A stretch of 64,000 bases of DNA from Sphingomonadales bacterium (GCA_043747445.1 JAYTPB010000047.1:157-64156), one strand, 5' to 3'; positions 1-9,751 are shown, numbered from the stretch's first letter. Translations and numbers: made by a program. The notes: generated by a model from the sequence alone, not told the origin.

Positions 1-787
1 GCAGCGCGCTTTCGGTGGTTTGATCGGCGCGCACGACAATCACGCACTGCCCGACATGAAGCGCCAGCACCGATGCGGGCGACGCCGCGAGCGCAGGCGC
101 TGAATCGAACAGGATGATCCGGCGCGGCTTATTCTCAATCAAGCGGTTGATCAGCTTGCCCGTACGTTCGGACGCGAGCAGTTCAGTGTCATTGTTGGTT
201 TGCAGCCCCGCCGGAAGCACTGATAGATTGGGAATATCGGTGTGGATCAGCAATTGCTCAACATCGAGTGCTGGATTGGCGAGCGCATCCATCAGCCCCG
301 GCCCACCGGGCAAGCCCAGTGTTGAGAGGATTTCAGGCTTGGCCACGTCAGCATCAACCAGCACGACCTCAATCTCAGTCTCGCTCGCCATCGATAGCGC
401 GAGATTGACTGACGAGAAGGTTTTGCCTTCATTGGGATGCGCTGAACAAATCAGGATAAGCTGCCCGCGCTCAATCGCTGTCCCGCCGGGGCCGCCAAGC
501 GCCGACAGCAGTAGTTGCCGCTTGATCAGGCGAAACTCTTCCGAAAGGCTGGTCGGCGGTGCGCCGGGAACAATAAACCCGTGTGAGCGCAGCAGTTCGC
601 GATCAATCTTCACGAGCGATGCGGTGTCAATCGGTTGCGCAGCAGGCATAGCCGCGATGACAACAGGCTCAGCGGCAGTCGAAGGCGCAGCCCGGTTGCT
701 AATCATCCCGAAATCATAAGCCTCGGCGGCGCGCTCAATGAGCGATCCGGCGGCGTCTCTTTTGCGTTTCATCGCCATCACCGTCAT
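1..787 (-). CDS. epsG: Chain-length-determinant tyrosine autokinase of the PEP-CTERM/exosortase locus type (EpsG-like); 3' end lies outside the window
   Basis: My own minus-strand translation from the ATG at 785-787 (ATGA overlap with the epsF stop) reads MTVMAMKRKRDAAGSLIERAAEAYDF... It carries the P-loop-like SAHPNEGKTF, plus VVLVDADV and IILFDSAP, typical of BY-kinase/MinD-fold ATPases. It is absent from the ORF track because it runs off the window. The + ORF 114..719 is its shadow. Confidence 0.8.
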   Translation of the reverse strand, partial: MTVMAMKRKRDAAGSLIERAAEAYDFGMISNRAAPSTAAEPVVIAAMPAAQPIDTASLVKIDRELLRSHGFIVPGAPPTSLSEEFRLIKRQLLLSALGGPGGTAIERGQLILICSAHPNEGKTFSSVNLALSMASETEIEVVLVDADVAKPEILSTLGLPGGPGLMDALANPALDVEQLLIHTDIPNLSVLPAGLQTNNDTELLASERTGKLINRLIENKPRRIILFDSAPALAASPASVLALHVGQCVIVVRADQTTESAL

Positions 788-2328
788 GCCACCATACCGC
801 GTTGAACAAATTCAACGGTCATCAAAATCGCAAAAGCCCCGACCAATCCGGCGCATCCGGCGACGAAATATTTGAGCTTTTGCGCGCGTTTTTCCCGCTG
901 CGTCGGGTTCATCACCTCAGTGATTGAGCCAATCACTGGCAGGCCGCTTGCGCGCTGCAATTGTTCAGCCGTCGTGTAAGTCGATTTGATCTGGGCAATC
1001 CCGAACGCTGCCGCCGCACCCGCGCCAATCGCTGCGAACAACACCAACGTCAGCAGCATTGGCCGATTTGGCGCAGCGGGCGAACGCGGCGACGTGGGCG
1101 GTTCAATCACGCGGAACTTGATCGCGTCAGTGTCTGACTGGATCGATCCGCGCAGTTTGACCTCTTCACGGTCAGCAAGCAGCTTGTCATACGCGGTTTT
1201 GAGCACTTCATAATCGCGATTAAGCCGCTGTTGCTCCTGCGCCACGCCGGGTTCGGCGAACTGACGCGATTGAAATTGAGCGAGTTCGGCCTGAAGCTGG
1301 GCACGCCGCCCGCTCAGCGCAGAGACTTGCCCCTGCCGCTCGGCCTGCATCGTGCGCAGCGTTACATATAGCGGATTGGGGCTATTGCTGCCACCGACCA
1401 CGCGCCCCGGCGCCTCATTTGCGGCTGACGCGCGCGCGCGCGCCAATTGATTACGCAACGAGATCATATCGGGATAACCCTCAGTCCAGCCACGCGCCAA
1501 TCCGTCCGAAATCTGACCTTCCAACTGAGCAATCCGCCCCGCCGCCCCGCCGCCGCCGACAAGCGTGCCCGGCGTGTTGATCGTCGGCGGAATTGACGCA
1601 ATCTGGCCGTTGACCGCCGCGAGCGAGCCTTGCGCTGCGCTCAGGTTTGAATCAACCTGACCAAGCTCTGCGCGCGCGGCATCCATTCGCTGGCTCACCG
1701 AACCAACACCGGGCAGTAGCCCCAAATTACGCTGTTCAAATTCTGCGCGCCGCGCCTCGGCCTCCTGCAACTGCACCTCACGTTGGGCAAGCTGAGTATC
1801 AAGGAACTGAAGCGTCTGCGCGGTTTCGGCGCGATTGCCCGAAAGATTGCCCTCAACGAACAGATCAAGCAGTTTTTGGACGATATCCTTGGCAAGCTTG
1901 GCATTTTCATTGTTTGACATGCCACCCGAGCCCGATGCCGCGCTGATTTCAAACAAATTGTCCTGAAGCGTCACAATCTCAATATTCTTGCGCAGGCTGA
2001 TCACCTGATCGGCAATCTCACGCGGAGTTGATCCCTGCTGGATCAGCGCGGTGCGCCGCACGACTTTTTCAAGATTTTCGGCCGAAGTCAGCGTTTGTGT
2101 AATCGTTTCGACGCTGTCTTTGCCCTCGGCGGGTGAAATGCCAAGCTTGCCCGGCAGCATCGTCTGCATCTGGACAAACACGCTCGCGCGCGATTCGTAA
2201 GTGTTGGTAATCCCGCTGACGACGAGCCAGCCGAGCAGCGCAACACCCCACGCAACGCCGAGCGCCAGCCAGCGCCGTTTCCAGATGCTGTGGATCGCAA
2301 TCCGTACTTGTTGATAGAGGCTTTCCAT
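784..2328 (-). CDS. epsF: Polysaccharide chain-length determinant protein (Wzz/GumC type, PEP-CTERM locus subfamily)
   Basis: 514 aa. It has an N-terminal TM (WLALGVAWGVALLGWLVV), a long coiled-coil periplasmic middle and a C-terminal TM (MLLTLVLFAAIGAGAAAAFGIA). It sits between the export protein and the BY-kinase. Confidence 0.85.
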   Translation of the reverse strand: MESLYQQVRIAIHSIWKRRWLALGVAWGVALLGWLVVSGITNTYESRASVFVQMQTMLPGKLGISPAEGKDSVETITQTLTSAENLEKVVRRTALIQQGSTPREIADQVISLRKNIEIVTLQDNLFEISAASGSGGMSNNENAKLAKDIVQKLLDLFVEGNLSGNRAETAQTLQFLDTQLAQREVQLQEAEARRAEFEQRNLGLLPGVGSVSQRMDAARAELGQVDSNLSAAQGSLAAVNGQIASIPPTINTPGTLVGGGGAAGRIAQLEGQISDGLARGWTEGYPDMISLRNQLARARASAANEAPGRVVGGSNSPNPLYVTLRTMQAERQGQVSALSGRRAQLQAELAQFQSRQFAEPGVAQEQQRLNRDYEVLKTAYDKLLADREEVKLRGSIQSDTDAIKFRVIEPPTSPRSPAAPNRPMLLTLVLFAAIGAGAAAAFGIAQIKSTYTTAEQLQRASGLPVIGSITEVMNPTQREKRAQKLKYFVAGCAGLVGAFAILMTVEFVQRGMVA

Positions 2329-2338
2329 TATTCGCCCG

Positions 2339-2983
2339 TCAAAACGCCGATTCGGGGATGATGATCACGTCACCAGGTTCAAGCCGGACATTCGCCCGCG
2401 AATCGCCGCGCTTGAGGAGATCGCCAATCTTCACCGCATACTCGGTCTGCTTGCCGGTCTCACGGTTTTGACGGATCAGGCGCGCACGGTTTCCGGCGGC
2501 AAATTCTGAAAGGCCGCCAACCGCGATCATCGCGTCAAGCAAGGTCATATTCGCGCGATAAGGAATTGAGGCGGGCTTTTCAGTCGCGCCGACCACGCGG
2601 ATTTGCTGAGAGAATGTGCCCGCGAAATTATCGACAATCACTGAAACCAGCGGCTCATTGATATATTGCGAAAGCTGAACCTTGATGTCTTGCGCGAGCA
2701 TCGTCGGGGTTTTGCCGACGGCGGGCATATCCTCAATCAACGGCGTCGTGATGCGGCCATCGGGGCGCACTTGCACTTTTGCGCCAAGCTCAGGATTGCG
2801 CCAGACGAAAATCGTCAGCGTATCAAGCGGGCCGATGATATATTCCTCACCCGGCCCTTCTTGCGCAGTCACAAAGCTCGCCGGGGGCAATTTTGGCCCC
2901 GTCGCGCTGGTTGAACAGCCACTAAGGGCGACTGCACCAAGGCTCACGCCGAGCAACAGCTTTGATGAAAGAGCAAGACGCAT
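2339..2983 (-). CDS. epsE: Polysaccharide export outer-membrane lipoprotein (Wza-like, PEP-CTERM system type)
   Basis: Start moved to the Met at 2983 (MRLALSSKLLLGVSLGAVALSGC, with lipobox LSGC). Poly_export/SLBB-like motifs are present: YIIGPLDTLTIFVW, VRPDGRITTPL, GDVIIIP. Confidence 0.85.
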   Translation of the reverse strand: MRLALSSKLLLGVSLGAVALSGCSTSATGPKLPPASFVTAQEGPGEEYIIGPLDTLTIFVWRNPELGAKVQVRPDGRITTPLIEDMPAVGKTPTMLAQDIKVQLSQYINEPLVSVIVDNFAGTFSQQIRVVGATEKPASIPYRANMTLLDAMIAVGGLSEFAAGNRARLIRQNRETGKQTEYAVKIGDLLKRGDSRANVRLEPGDVIIIPESAF

Positions 2984-3121
2984 CACAAAATCCTTAACCT
3001 TACGACGCCGCGCGCATGCCTCCACTCCCATGAATGAGGGCAAAACAAGACGAAGTTCACTGTGCGTTATCGGGCAAATAGGTGAAAATATTGTTAGGAT
3101 TAACCGCGCGACAACACTGTT

Positions 3122-4351
3122 TCAGGCGTTAACCAATAATTCGGCTGGTTCGGGATGGCCGAGAAACCCGCTTGGGCTGGCCGAACGACCATAAGCCCCG
3201 GCCATAAACACCGCGACCAAATCCCCCACCTCAGCGCGCGGAATGTTCACCGCGTCACCTAGCCGGTCAAGCGGGGTGCAGAGGCAACCAACGATGCTCA
3301 CCACCTCTTCTGGCACACCCGCAAAGCGCGAGGCAATCGCCACCGGATAGTTACGCCGCACCACCGTGCCGAAATTCCCCGATGCCGCAAGCTGATGATG
3401 CAACCCGCCGTCAGTCACGAGAAAAACCTCCCCGTGGCTGGTCTTGCGGTCAACAATCCGCGTCAGGTAAACCCCGGCCTCGCCCACCAGATAACGGCCA
3501 AGCTCAATCGCAAAGCGCGTATTAGCAAGACTTTGCGGCAATGCCGCCAGCCGGGCAGTCAGCGCTTCGCCGACGCGTTCAAGATCAACCGGGATGTCCT
3601 TGGGAAAATAAGGGATACCAAATCCGCCGCCTAGATTGACCAGCGGCGGCACCGCGCCAATCGCATCGGCAAGTGCTGCGGCCAAATCAAGCGTTTGCCC
3701 CTGCGTCGTTGCGATGGCTTCGGCGTCAAGCGCTTGTGATCCAGCAAAAATATGAAACCCGCGCCAATCCGCGCCTGCCGCAATCAGTGATTTGACGAGC
3801 GCCGCCGCGTGGTCAGCATCAACCCCGAACGGCTTTGCCCCGCCACCCATCCGCATTCCCGAGCCACGCAGATCAAAATCGGGATTGACCCGCACCGCAA
3901 GCTTGGGCGCGGTGCCAAGGCGCTCAGCGATGGTCAGCGCGCGGTGCGCCTCGCCCTCAGATTCGAGATTGAGCGTGACGCCCGCGACAATCGCTGCCTC
4001 AAGCTCGCGGTCTCGCTTGCCCGGCCCCGCAAACGAAATATGCCGCCCGCCCGAAGTGAGCGCCAGCGCCATTTCGCCCGATGACGCGACATCAAGGCCG
4101 TCAACCAACGCCGCTATCGCAGTGAGCAGCGCAGGCATTGGGTTGGCCTTAATCGCATAATGAAGCGCAAGCTCAGCCGGAAACGCGGCGCGAAACCGCG
4201 CGATCCGCGCTTTGATCAGCGCGAAATCATAAACGAACAGCGGCGTATCGCCCGCACGCGCGGCGAGCGTTTCGACGTCTTCACCGCCAATCATCAGCCG
4301 TCCCGCGTCGTCCGCCGCAAAATGTGCTGGAATAGTGCCCATTGGTTTCAT
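3122..4351 (-). CDS. Pyridoxal-dependent decarboxylase, exosortase A system-associated (Orn/DAP/Arg decarboxylase fold)
   Basis: 409 aa. It has the HYAIKANP PLP-lysine motif, GGGFGIPY and a C-terminal beta-barrel segment. ATGA overlap with the upstream ligase gene. Confidence 0.85.
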   Translation of the reverse strand: MKPMGTIPAHFAADDAGRLMIGGEDVETLAARAGDTPLFVYDFALIKARIARFRAAFPAELALHYAIKANPMPALLTAIAALVDGLDVASSGEMALALTSGGRHISFAGPGKRDRELEAAIVAGVTLNLESEGEAHRALTIAERLGTAPKLAVRVNPDFDLRGSGMRMGGGAKPFGVDADHAAALVKSLIAAGADWRGFHIFAGSQALDAEAIATTQGQTLDLAAALADAIGAVPPLVNLGGGFGIPYFPKDIPVDLERVGEALTARLAALPQSLANTRFAIELGRYLVGEAGVYLTRIVDRKTSHGEVFLVTDGGLHHQLAASGNFGTVVRRNYPVAIASRFAGVPEEVVSIVGCLCTPLDRLGDAVNIPRAEVGDLVAVFMAGAYGRSASPSGFLGHPEPAELLVNA

Positions 4352-5859
4352 ATGGCGACCCCCGCCTTGATCGCGGCGCGATCAAATTTGCCATTGGCAT
4401 TGCGCGGGAGCGTCTCGCGCCAAATAATGTCGCGCGGCACCATATAGCTTGGGAGCTCTCGCTTGAGATAATCGCGGAGCACAGCTTCGCCCGATCCGTC
4501 CCCGCATACAACCAGCACCACCGCCTGCCCCAGCCGTTCATCAGCAACGCCAAAAGCCACCGCTTCTGCCGCAACCCCGCTTGCCGCCGCTGCCTCTTCA
4601 ATCTCTGACGGACTGATGCGGTTGCCCGAAACCTTGATCATTTCATCATCGCGCCCAACAAAATAGAGCAGGCCTTGTCCGTCGCGCCGCACCGTATCGC
4701 CTGACCAGACCGCCGTACCTCCATATTCCGAAGCCTGCGGCGCTGGCCGAAAACGCTCGGCCGTGCGCTGCGGATCATTCCAATAACCCTGCGCCACCAG
4801 TGGCCCGCTATGGACAAGCTCACCGAGTTCATCATCCTCGGCCACGCGGCCATCGCCGCGAACGACAAGAATTTCAGCGAAAGGAATGGCACGTCCCATC
4901 GACGTCGGATGCGCCGCAACGTGCGCGGGATCAAGCCATGTTGAACGAAATGCCTCAGTCAGGCCGTACATCGGTACGATATCTGCCGCCGGAAAACGCG
5001 CACGGAGCCGATCAATCAGCACCGGGGTCAGCGCACCGCCCGAATTGGTAATCCGCCGCAACCGCGCAGCAGTTTCAGGCGGCCAATCATAATCAAGCAG
5101 TTGCAGCCACAGCGGCGGCACCCCCGCAAGTGTCGTAATCTCATATCGCTCAACCGCCTTCGCGACATCCTTGGCGAGCAGATAATCGAGCGGCACCGCC
5201 GCTGCGCCTGTCGCCCACGTCGAAAGCAACTGATTCTGGCCGTAATCAAAACTGAGCGGCAACACGCCGAGTACGCGGTCAGCGCGCGTAAGCCCTAAAT
5301 AATGCGCCACGCTAATCGCGCCGAGCCACATATTGGCGTGGCTGAGCATCACACCCTTTGGCTTGCCCGTTGAGCCCGAGGTGTAAAGAATCGCTGCAAG
5401 TTCCCCCGGATCACGCGCAGACAGCGGCATTGGTTCCGCAGTCATCATTGCATCGCGCAGCGTATCCTCAAGCCAAAGCATACAGCCTTCGGGGCAATCC
5501 CCCGCTTCAAGCGCATCCGCCCTGCCCTTCGCGGTAATCAGTATCCGCGCTCCGCTATCAGCCAATATGTGCGCGACTTGTGCGCGTTTAAGCAGTGGAT
5601 TGATTGGCACGTGAACAAGCCCAGCGCGCGCCGCCGCGAGCGGCATCAAGCACGCCTCGATTGTCTTGGGAAGCCACGTCGCGACGCGGTCTCCCGCGAT
5701 TAGCCCCTGCGCGATCAAGGCCGCCGCCATTTTTCCAACAACCCCGTGAAGCGCGTCATAGTCAAGCGACTGATCACGGCTTATTAACGCGGTGTCGTTA
5801 TTGGAACCCAAACTCACCAAATGGTCGAGTGGTCTTGGAATGGGGTCTAAGGCGGGCAA
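4348..5859 (-). CDS. Acyl-CoA ligase (AMP-forming), exosortase A system-associated
   Basis: AMP-binding signature YTSGSTGKPKGV and a C-terminal NANGKFDR. The ORF is open to 6039, but that start would overlap the divergent gene by 130 nt. I place the start at the TTG at 5857-5859, which has AAGGA 6 nt upstream. The start is uncertain. Confidence 0.85.
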   Translation of the reverse strand: MPALDPIPRPLDHLVSLGSNNDTALISRDQSLDYDALHGVVGKMAAALIAQGLIAGDRVATWLPKTIEACLMPLAAARAGLVHVPINPLLKRAQVAHILADSGARILITAKGRADALEAGDCPEGCMLWLEDTLRDAMMTAEPMPLSARDPGELAAILYTSGSTGKPKGVMLSHANMWLGAISVAHYLGLTRADRVLGVLPLSFDYGQNQLLSTWATGAAAVPLDYLLAKDVAKAVERYEITTLAGVPPLWLQLLDYDWPPETAARLRRITNSGGALTPVLIDRLRARFPAADIVPMYGLTEAFRSTWLDPAHVAAHPTSMGRAIPFAEILVVRGDGRVAEDDELGELVHSGPLVAQGYWNDPQRTAERFRPAPQASEYGGTAVWSGDTVRRDGQGLLYFVGRDDEMIKVSGNRISPSEIEEAAAASGVAAEAVAFGVADERLGQAVVLVVCGDGSGEAVLRDYLKRELPSYMVPRDIIWRETLPRNANGKFDRAAIKAGVAI

Positions 5860-5907
5860 TATTGATCCTTGATTGAGTAAAGTTTTAATCTGTGGGGCGT
5901 CTCTAGC

Positions 5908-6954
5908 ATGGTGTGGGTTAAGGGAGAATTGCTGACCAGCCTCGATGCTGCAAGCCTTGATCCAACCGATCAACTCACCCGCGACGGACAGTCGAACCTG
6001 TTCGACCGGATTGACTGGTTGCGACGTATATTGCATCATTCTCGGCCAACCAAAACGCCACTCATCGCGCGCGCCGCATCAGAAGGGGCACTGGCATGGC
6101 TGTTCCTCAAATGTGACAATAACGGTCAGTTTAAGGGACTCGCGAACTGGTATAGTTTTGCATATCGCCCGATTTTCGCGGGCAATCCTGACGACAGCCG
6201 CAAGCTATTAATGCTCAAGGCGATTGCCACACGACTCCGCAAAATGCGGAGTGCGCCGACCAGCATTTCGCTAAGCCCTGTGCCGCGCGGCGATGGATCA
6301 TCTGATTTGCTGTCACGCGCCTTCAAACGGTCAGGCTGGTTCGTGTTCAGCACTCAAGTCTCAACAAGCTGGACAGCCCATGTCTCCGGGCTTTCGTTCG
6401 AAGACTATTGGGCGGCGCGCCCCGGCCAATTGCGCAGCACCTATAAGCGCAAAAACTGCAAGGCCGATTTTGACGTCACCATCTATAATAAATTTGATGA
6501 AGCCGCGTGGGAAGAATTTGAGGCGGTGTACGCCGATAGCTGGAAACCCGAAGAAGGTTCGCCCGCATTCCTGCGCGAAACTGCCGTTTTTGAGGGCACG
6601 GCTGGCTGCCTCAGGCTCGGGATTTGTCGGCTGGAGGGCGTTGCCGTCGCCGCGCAATATTGGACGGTTGAAGGCGGCACTGCCTATATTCACAAGCTCG
6701 CTCACCGTGAAAGTGCGCGCGAACTTTCGCCGGGCACCATCCTATCGCGCGCGCTGTTTCAGCACGTCATTGATCAAGACGCGGTTGATGTGATTGATTT
6801 TGGCACTGGTGATGATCCTTACAAGGCCGATTGGATGGACGCGAGTGCGCCGCTTGACCGGATCGACGCCTATAATCCAAGGCGCGTCAGCGGCTTAATT
6901 GGGGCGGCGCGCGCATTCATCTCGGCGCTTGTCGCCCGCGTGCGCGAACGCTAA
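5908..6954 (+). CDS. FemAB-related / GNAT-fold protein, PEP-CTERM system-associated
   Basis: 348 aa, divergent from the ligase gene. Size and position match the conserved exosortase-A cassette. The C-terminal half (YIHKLAHRESARELSPGTIL...IDFGTGDDPYK) resembles the acyl-CoA N-acyltransferase fold. Confidence 0.7.
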   Translation: MVWVKGELLTSLDAASLDPTDQLTRDGQSNLFDRIDWLRRILHHSRPTKTPLIARAASEGALAWLFLKCDNNGQFKGLANWYSFAYRPIFAGNPDDSRKLLMLKAIATRLRKMRSAPTSISLSPVPRGDGSSDLLSRAFKRSGWFVFSTQVSTSWTAHVSGLSFEDYWAARPGQLRSTYKRKNCKADFDVTIYNKFDEAAWEEFEAVYADSWKPEEGSPAFLRETAVFEGTAGCLRLGICRLEGVAVAAQYWTVEGGTAYIHKLAHRESARELSPGTILSRALFQHVIDQDAVDVIDFGTGDDPYKADWMDASAPLDRIDAYNPRRVSGLIGAARAFISALVARVRER

Positions 6955-6980
6955 CGCGCTATCAATACGGTAAGGGGTTA

Positions 6981-7256
6981 GTGAGCGTGACGACACAACA
7001 GCATAGCATCGATACGATCATGCGGGGCGTTCTCGTTGATGTGCTTGGGCTAAGCCCCGCGCGCGCCGATGCGCTTGACGCTGAGAGCGGGCTGTTCGGC
7101 ACGCTGCCAGAACTTGATTCAATGGCGGTCGCCAATCTCCTGACTGAACTTGAAGACCGGCTAGGTATCATCATTGAGGATGATGAGCTTGACGGCGAAA
7201 TGCTCGAAAGTTTCGGTAGCCTCACCCGCTTTCTCGAAGCCAAAGTCAGCAGGTGA
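6981..7256 (+). CDS. Acyl carrier protein (exosortase A cassette type)
   Basis: 91 aa, GTG start with AAGGGG upstream. Phosphopantetheine-serine motif LDSMAV within an acidic helical protein. Confidence 0.8.
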   Translation: MSVTTQQHSIDTIMRGVLVDVLGLSPARADALDAESGLFGTLPELDSMAVANLLTELEDRLGIIIEDDELDGEMLESFGSLTRFLEAKVSR

Positions 7257-7897
7257 CTGACACTTATTCATGGCGCGGTGGCAATGAGTTATGGCTCAGA
7301 TACGGCGTTAACTATCCGCTGCAAATTATTATAATAGAACCCTTATTTGAAGAGGCCAATCGCTGCCGGCGATTGCTTTCAAGCGTGATGCGCGGGCTTG
7401 CCAATAATGGAATTGGCTCGGTTTTGCCTGACCTTCCGGGCACAGGCGAAAGCCTTCTCGATATCAGCGCAGTTTCATTTGATGACTGGCAAGACGCACT
7501 GAAGGCAGTGGTAGATGCAATCAAACCAGAAGTCGTCGCCTCACTACGTGGCGGCGCACTGCTTGACGGCGCAGTTGCAGCGAAGGGTTGTTGGCGCTTT
7601 GCCCCCGAAACGGGTGCGCGCATCGCCCGCGATCTCAGGCGCACCCAATTGAGCGGTAGCGCGCTTTATGCTGGGCACGCGATCAGTGATAGTTTTCTGA
7701 ATGCGCTTGAAAGTGCTATACCCTGTCCACTGGTTCCACTACGCACGCTTCGCCTTGAAAGCGATGCGGGCGATGCTGATACGCGCGTGGCAGGAACGCC
7801 GCTATGGCGGCGCGCCGAACCAGGGGATGACCCAGAACTTGCGGCTAAACTTGTTGCTGATCTCACCGATTGGGTAAAGCAATGCGCCGATTGCTGA
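7253..7897 (+). CDS. Alpha/beta hydrolase, exosortase A system-associated (hydrolase 2 type)
   Basis: 214 aa, GTG start in a GTGA overlap with the ACP stop. Assignment rests on position in the conserved cassette and an alpha/beta-hydrolase-like N-terminal core (IIIIEPLFEEANR...LPDLPGTGES). Confidence 0.6.
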   Translation: MTDTYSWRGGNELWLRYGVNYPLQIIIIEPLFEEANRCRRLLSSVMRGLANNGIGSVLPDLPGTGESLLDISAVSFDDWQDALKAVVDAIKPEVVASLRGGALLDGAVAAKGCWRFAPETGARIARDLRRTQLSGSALYAGHAISDSFLNALESAIPCPLVPLRTLRLESDAGDADTRVAGTPLWRRAEPGDDPELAAKLVADLTDWVKQCADC

Positions 7898-8679
7898 ACT
7901 TTCCCTGCGAAGGTGTCACATTGGCTGCAACACTTGATGAAGCGCCCGGCACTGCTGGCTTGCTCATCGTTTCTGGCGGCAACGAAATCCGTATCGGCGC
8001 GCACCGGGGCATGGCGAAATTGGCAGGCGATATCGCCGCCGCTGGCTATCCAGTGTTCCGCTTTGATCGGCGCGGCATTGGCGATAGCGAAGGCGAAAAT
8101 GGTGGCTTCACCAAAAGCGGCCCCGATATCGCCGCCGCCATCACCGCCTTTCGCGACGCCTGCCCAGAATTGACGCGGATCGTCGCATTCGGCAATTGCG
8201 ATGCGGCGTCCGCACTGTTGCTTCACCGACCAACGGGGATCGCCGTGCATATCCTCACCAATATCTGGGTGGTCGAACCAACCGACGATCTTCCGCCGCC
8301 TGCCGCGATCCGCGCGCGCTATACTGAACGGATGAAAGACCCAAAGGCGTGGATTGGGCTATTTACCGGCGCAATCAATCTCCGCAAGCTGATCGGCGGC
8401 CTCATGCGGATTTCCAAGCCGCAAGCCCCCTCATCGCTCGCACAGGACGTCGCCGCAGGGTTGGCCGTAGTCGAGGGGCCAGTGACGATTTTACTCGCCG
8501 AACAAGACGGCACCGCGATTGCCTTTGCCGATGCCTGGAATGGCCCAGCATTTTCGGCGGCACGGAGGCGAAGCGATATCAAAATCAAAAAACTCGCCAG
8601 CGCGTCACACAGCTTTGCCAGTGCGGACGATTATGCAGCTCTGCGTGATACAATCATCGAAACGCTCAGTCAGACCTGA
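7882..8679 (+). CDS. Alpha/beta hydrolase, exosortase A system-associated (hydrolase 1 type)
   Basis: The ORF opens with TTG at 7870, but the ATG at 7882 is the more likely start. Motifs: LLIVSGGNEIR, FRFDRRGIGDSEG, and a nucleophile-elbow-like AFGNCDAAS. Confidence 0.7.
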   Translation: MRRLLNFPCEGVTLAATLDEAPGTAGLLIVSGGNEIRIGAHRGMAKLAGDIAAAGYPVFRFDRRGIGDSEGENGGFTKSGPDIAAAITAFRDACPELTRIVAFGNCDAASALLLHRPTGIAVHILTNIWVVEPTDDLPPPAAIRARYTERMKDPKAWIGLFTGAINLRKLIGGLMRISKPQAPSSLAQDVAAGLAVVEGPVTILLAEQDGTAIAFADAWNGPAFSAARRRSDIKIKKLASASHSFASADDYAALRDTIIETLSQT

Positions 8680-9648
8680 TCAACCCCGCGCGGCAAACTC
8701 CGCGTGGGCCAAGAATTTTTCAGCATCAAGTGCCGCCATGCAGCCCATCCCTGCCGCTGTAACCGCCTGACGGTAAATCTTGTCAGTGACATCGCCCGCC
8801 GCGAATACGCCGGGAATGCTCGTGCGTGTGCTGCCAACCTCAACCAACAGATAGCCGTCGCTATCCATTGGCAGGCGATCAACGAAAATCTCGGTCGCTG
8901 GCTTATGGCCAATCGCAACAAATGCGCCGTCAACATCAAGTCGCGAAATTTCGCCGGTCACCGTGTCTTTAAGATCAAGCCCAACCAGCCCAATCGGATC
9001 ACCGCCGCCCACAAATGTCTCAACCGCTTTATTCCACAGCACGGTGATGCTTGGGTGCGCGAACAGCCGGTCTTGTAGGATTTTTTCGGCGCGGAACGAA
9101 TCGCGGCGGTGGATAACGGTGACGTCTTGGCTATGGTTGGTCATATACAGCGCTTCTTCAACCGCTGTATTACCGCCGCCGATTACCGCAACCTTTTTGC
9201 CGCGATAGAAGAACCCGTCGCACGTGGCACAGGCCGAAACGCCCTTGCCCTGCATCGCGGTTTCGCTGTCGAGCCCAAGCCAGCGTGCTTGCGCGCCCGT
9301 CGCGATAACCAACGTATCGCAGAGATAAATATCGCCGCCATCGCCCGTAAGCTTAAACGGCCGCTGCGTCACATCAACATCAACGATGATGTCATAGACC
9401 ATCGTTGTGCCGACATGCTCGGCCTGCGCGGTCATTTCTTCCATCAGCCAAGGGCCTTGCACCACATCGCGAAAGCCGGGATAATTCTCGACGTCTGTAG
9501 TGATGGTAAGCTGCCCACCGGGTTGAATGCCCTGAACCACGATGGGTTTCAGGCCAGCACGCGCGGCGTAAATTGCGGCGGAAAGGCCGGCCGGGCCAGA
9601 TCCAAGGATCAACATGCGTGTTTGAATGGTTTTGCTCATGCCGCCCAA
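8680..9648 (-). CDS. trxB: Thioredoxin-disulfide reductase
   Basis: 322 aa. FAD motif GSGPAG, redox-active CATCDG, NADPH motif GGGNTAVEEA. Confidence 0.95.
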   Translation of the reverse strand: MGGMSKTIQTRMLILGSGPAGLSAAIYAARAGLKPIVVQGIQPGGQLTITTDVENYPGFRDVVQGPWLMEEMTAQAEHVGTTMVYDIIVDVDVTQRPFKLTGDGGDIYLCDTLVIATGAQARWLGLDSETAMQGKGVSACATCDGFFYRGKKVAVIGGGNTAVEEALYMTNHSQDVTVIHRRDSFRAEKILQDRLFAHPSITVLWNKAVETFVGGGDPIGLVGLDLKDTVTGEISRLDVDGAFVAIGHKPATEIFVDRLPMDSDGYLLVEVGSTRTSIPGVFAAGDVTDKIYRQAVTAAGMGCMAALDAEKFLAHAEFAARG

Positions 9649-9674
9649 TATAGGAATAAATTGCCGGAAAAATA

Positions 9675-9751
9675 TGGTAGCGGAGGAGGGACTTGAACCC
9701 CCGACACGCGGATTATGATTCCGCTGCTCTAACCAGCTGAGCTACTCCGCC
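9675..9751 (-). tRNA. tRNA-Met (anticodon CAT); could alternatively be the lysidine-modified tRNA-Ile2
   Basis: I folded the reverse complement GGCGGAGTAGCTCAGCTGGTTAGAGCAGCGGAATCATAATCCGCGTGTCGGGGGTTCAAGTCCCTCCTCCGCTACCA by hand. Acceptor stem is 7 bp, D stem GCTC/GAGC, anticodon stem GCGGA/TCCGC with loop ATCATAA, T arm GGGGG-TTCAAGT-CCCTC, and the CCA is encoded. There is no initiator C1:A72 mismatch. Confidence 0.85.

Noticed and set aside
114-719. 201-aa + strand ORF at the start of the window
   Set aside because: It is the antisense shadow of the epsG-like BY-kinase gene. The minus-strand translation has clear P-loop and kinase motifs, and this frame is Ser/Arg/Ala-rich with no motifs.
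4348-6039. Full-length 563-aa version of the acyl-CoA ligase ORF
   Set aside because: The first 60 codons would overlap the divergent FemAB-like gene by 130 nt and have no counterpart in AMP-ligase N-termini. The TTG at 5859 with an AAGGA Shine-Dalgarno is a better start.
9675-9751. tRNA-Met and tRNA-His (18359-18436) as integration hot spots for genomic islands
   Set aside because: There is no integrase, no direct repeat of the tRNA 3' end and no composition shift next to either tRNA.
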